This document shows positions 62,982-64,000 of a stretch of DNA of 64,000 nucleotides, in pieces. The position numbers and the translations under genes were made by a program. The notes below the pieces were generated by a model. That model saw only the letters and a list, made by a program, of their open reading frames with translations. It was not told where the DNA came from and ran no database searches. Each line of letters starts with the position of its first letter. Within the stretch, counting starts at the first letter, position 1. This DNA comes from Mycoplasmatota bacterium. GTDB taxonomy: Bacteria > Bacillota_I > Bacilli_A > MAG-NZ. The DNA lies in assembly GCA_018394315.1 (NCBI GenBank), contig CP074575.1:372001-436000 (forward strand). The letters run 5' to 3'.

Positions 62982-64000
62982 TTATTCAAAACAATACTTA
63001 CACTCTGATATAAGTTCTTCAACTATCTCCTTTACTGTAGAGATTCTATCAATCATGTAAGCTTTCGCACCGGAAAATACTAATCCATTTTCAGCATCTC
63101 CACCGCTTGCATTACCTAGTTTTTCAGTAATACAATAAGGAATGTCTTTTTTTGCGCAAACCCTTAAACAATCAACACAGTACTTTATCTTTTGGTTTTT
63201 TGTCTTTAATGCATCAGTAAATGCATTTCTTATAGCTCTTCCTGGTAACCCTACCGGAGAAGGTACAAAAATCACGTCTTCTTCCCTTGCATTAACAATT
63301 TTTTGTTTATATGCATCGCTCACATCACATTCCTCAGTTGCGATAAATCTTGTTGCTACTTGAACCCCAGCACTACCCATTTCAATATACCTTGCAACAT
63401 CTTCACCTGTTGAAATCCCTCCTGCAGGAATTACTGGTATAGAAACCTTATATTCTTCTTCTACTTTTCTTACCTCAATTAATACTTCTTCAAGCAAAGT
63501 TTCAAGTGATTTATAATCACCTGACTCAATTTCTTCTTTAGAAAAACCTAAGTGTCCTCCAGCTAAAGGTCCTTCAACAACTACAAACTCAGGTAGTACA
63601 TTAAAAGATCTCATCCACTTTTTACAAATAATCTTAGCTGCCTTTCCACTTGAAACAATTACTGCGGGCTTAACTGATGATCCCTTTAGGTATTTTGGTA
63701 AGTCTACAGGTAACCCTGCTCCTGATACAATAAAATCTATTTCTTGCTTGCTCAAGAATTTAATATATTCATCATAATTAGTTCCAGCATACATAACATT
63801 AACACCTAATATTCCATCTGGACACTCATCTCTTACTGTTTTTATTTCTCTAGCTAGAGCTTCTAGGTTGGAATTAAGAGTATCACTTTTGAATTTTTTA
63901 CTTAAAAATCCTGGTTGAGCAGCAGATATTGTTCCTACTATCCCAGCTTTTATCGAGGCAATACTTAATCTACTTAGACTAATTCCTATCCCCATTCCGC
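62982..64000 (-). CDS. Nitronate monooxygenase/FabK-like flavoprotein, candidate FabX-type (5'-truncated by window)
   Basis: GMGIGIS, SGAGLP, AGGHLG, and C-terminal CVDCLRVC...YC Cys cluster; frame runs off the window end. Confidence 0.85.
   Translation of the reverse strand, partial: GMGIGISLSRLSIASIKAGIVGTISAAQPGFLSKKFKSDTLNSNLEALAREIKTVRDECPDGILGVNVMYAGTNYDEYIKFLSKQEIDFIVSGAGLPVDLPKYLKGSSVKPAVIVSSGKAAKIICKKWMRSFNVLPEFVVVEGPLAGGHLGFSKEEIESGDYKSLETLLEEVLIEVRKVEEEYKVSIPVIPAGGISTGEDVARYIEMGSAGVQVATRFIATEECDVSDAYKQKIVNAREEDVIFVPSPVGLPGRAIRNAFTDALKTKNQKIKYCVDCLRVCAKKDIPYCITEKLGNASGGDAENGLVFSGAKAYMIDRISTVKEIVEELISECKYCFE

Overview
Low-GC, genetic-code-11 window from a Bacillota/basal-Bacilli or Mollicutes-related bacterium (lineage inferred, not determined). 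Left third is accessory: a possibly FMN-modified lipoprotein, an IS200 element and an intact ISL3 element (8-bp target duplication, inserted into a terminator), then two diverged tandem copies (4240-8780 and 9334-13936) of a four-gene module made of two mreB paralogs, a catalytically degenerate membrane GGDEF-EAL protein and an unknown membrane protein, with no mreC/mreD. Next is a stack of three small integrase-free segments (14.6-22.0 kb) bounded by repeated copies of the 3' end of tRNA-Ser(GCT). The rest is mostly core: LysM-SpoIID, tex, sporulation-type lipoproteins, whiA-trxB-lgt-uvrA, two tandem P-loop kinases, an amidase, a B12-dependent glutamate fermentation operon (glmS-glmL-glmE-mal plus citDEF-citC-citXG, probably citramalate lyase), ligA, pcrA, glnS, a candidate structured ncRNA and a full type II fatty-acid synthesis cluster. 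All calls come from reading motifs by eye; no searches were run.
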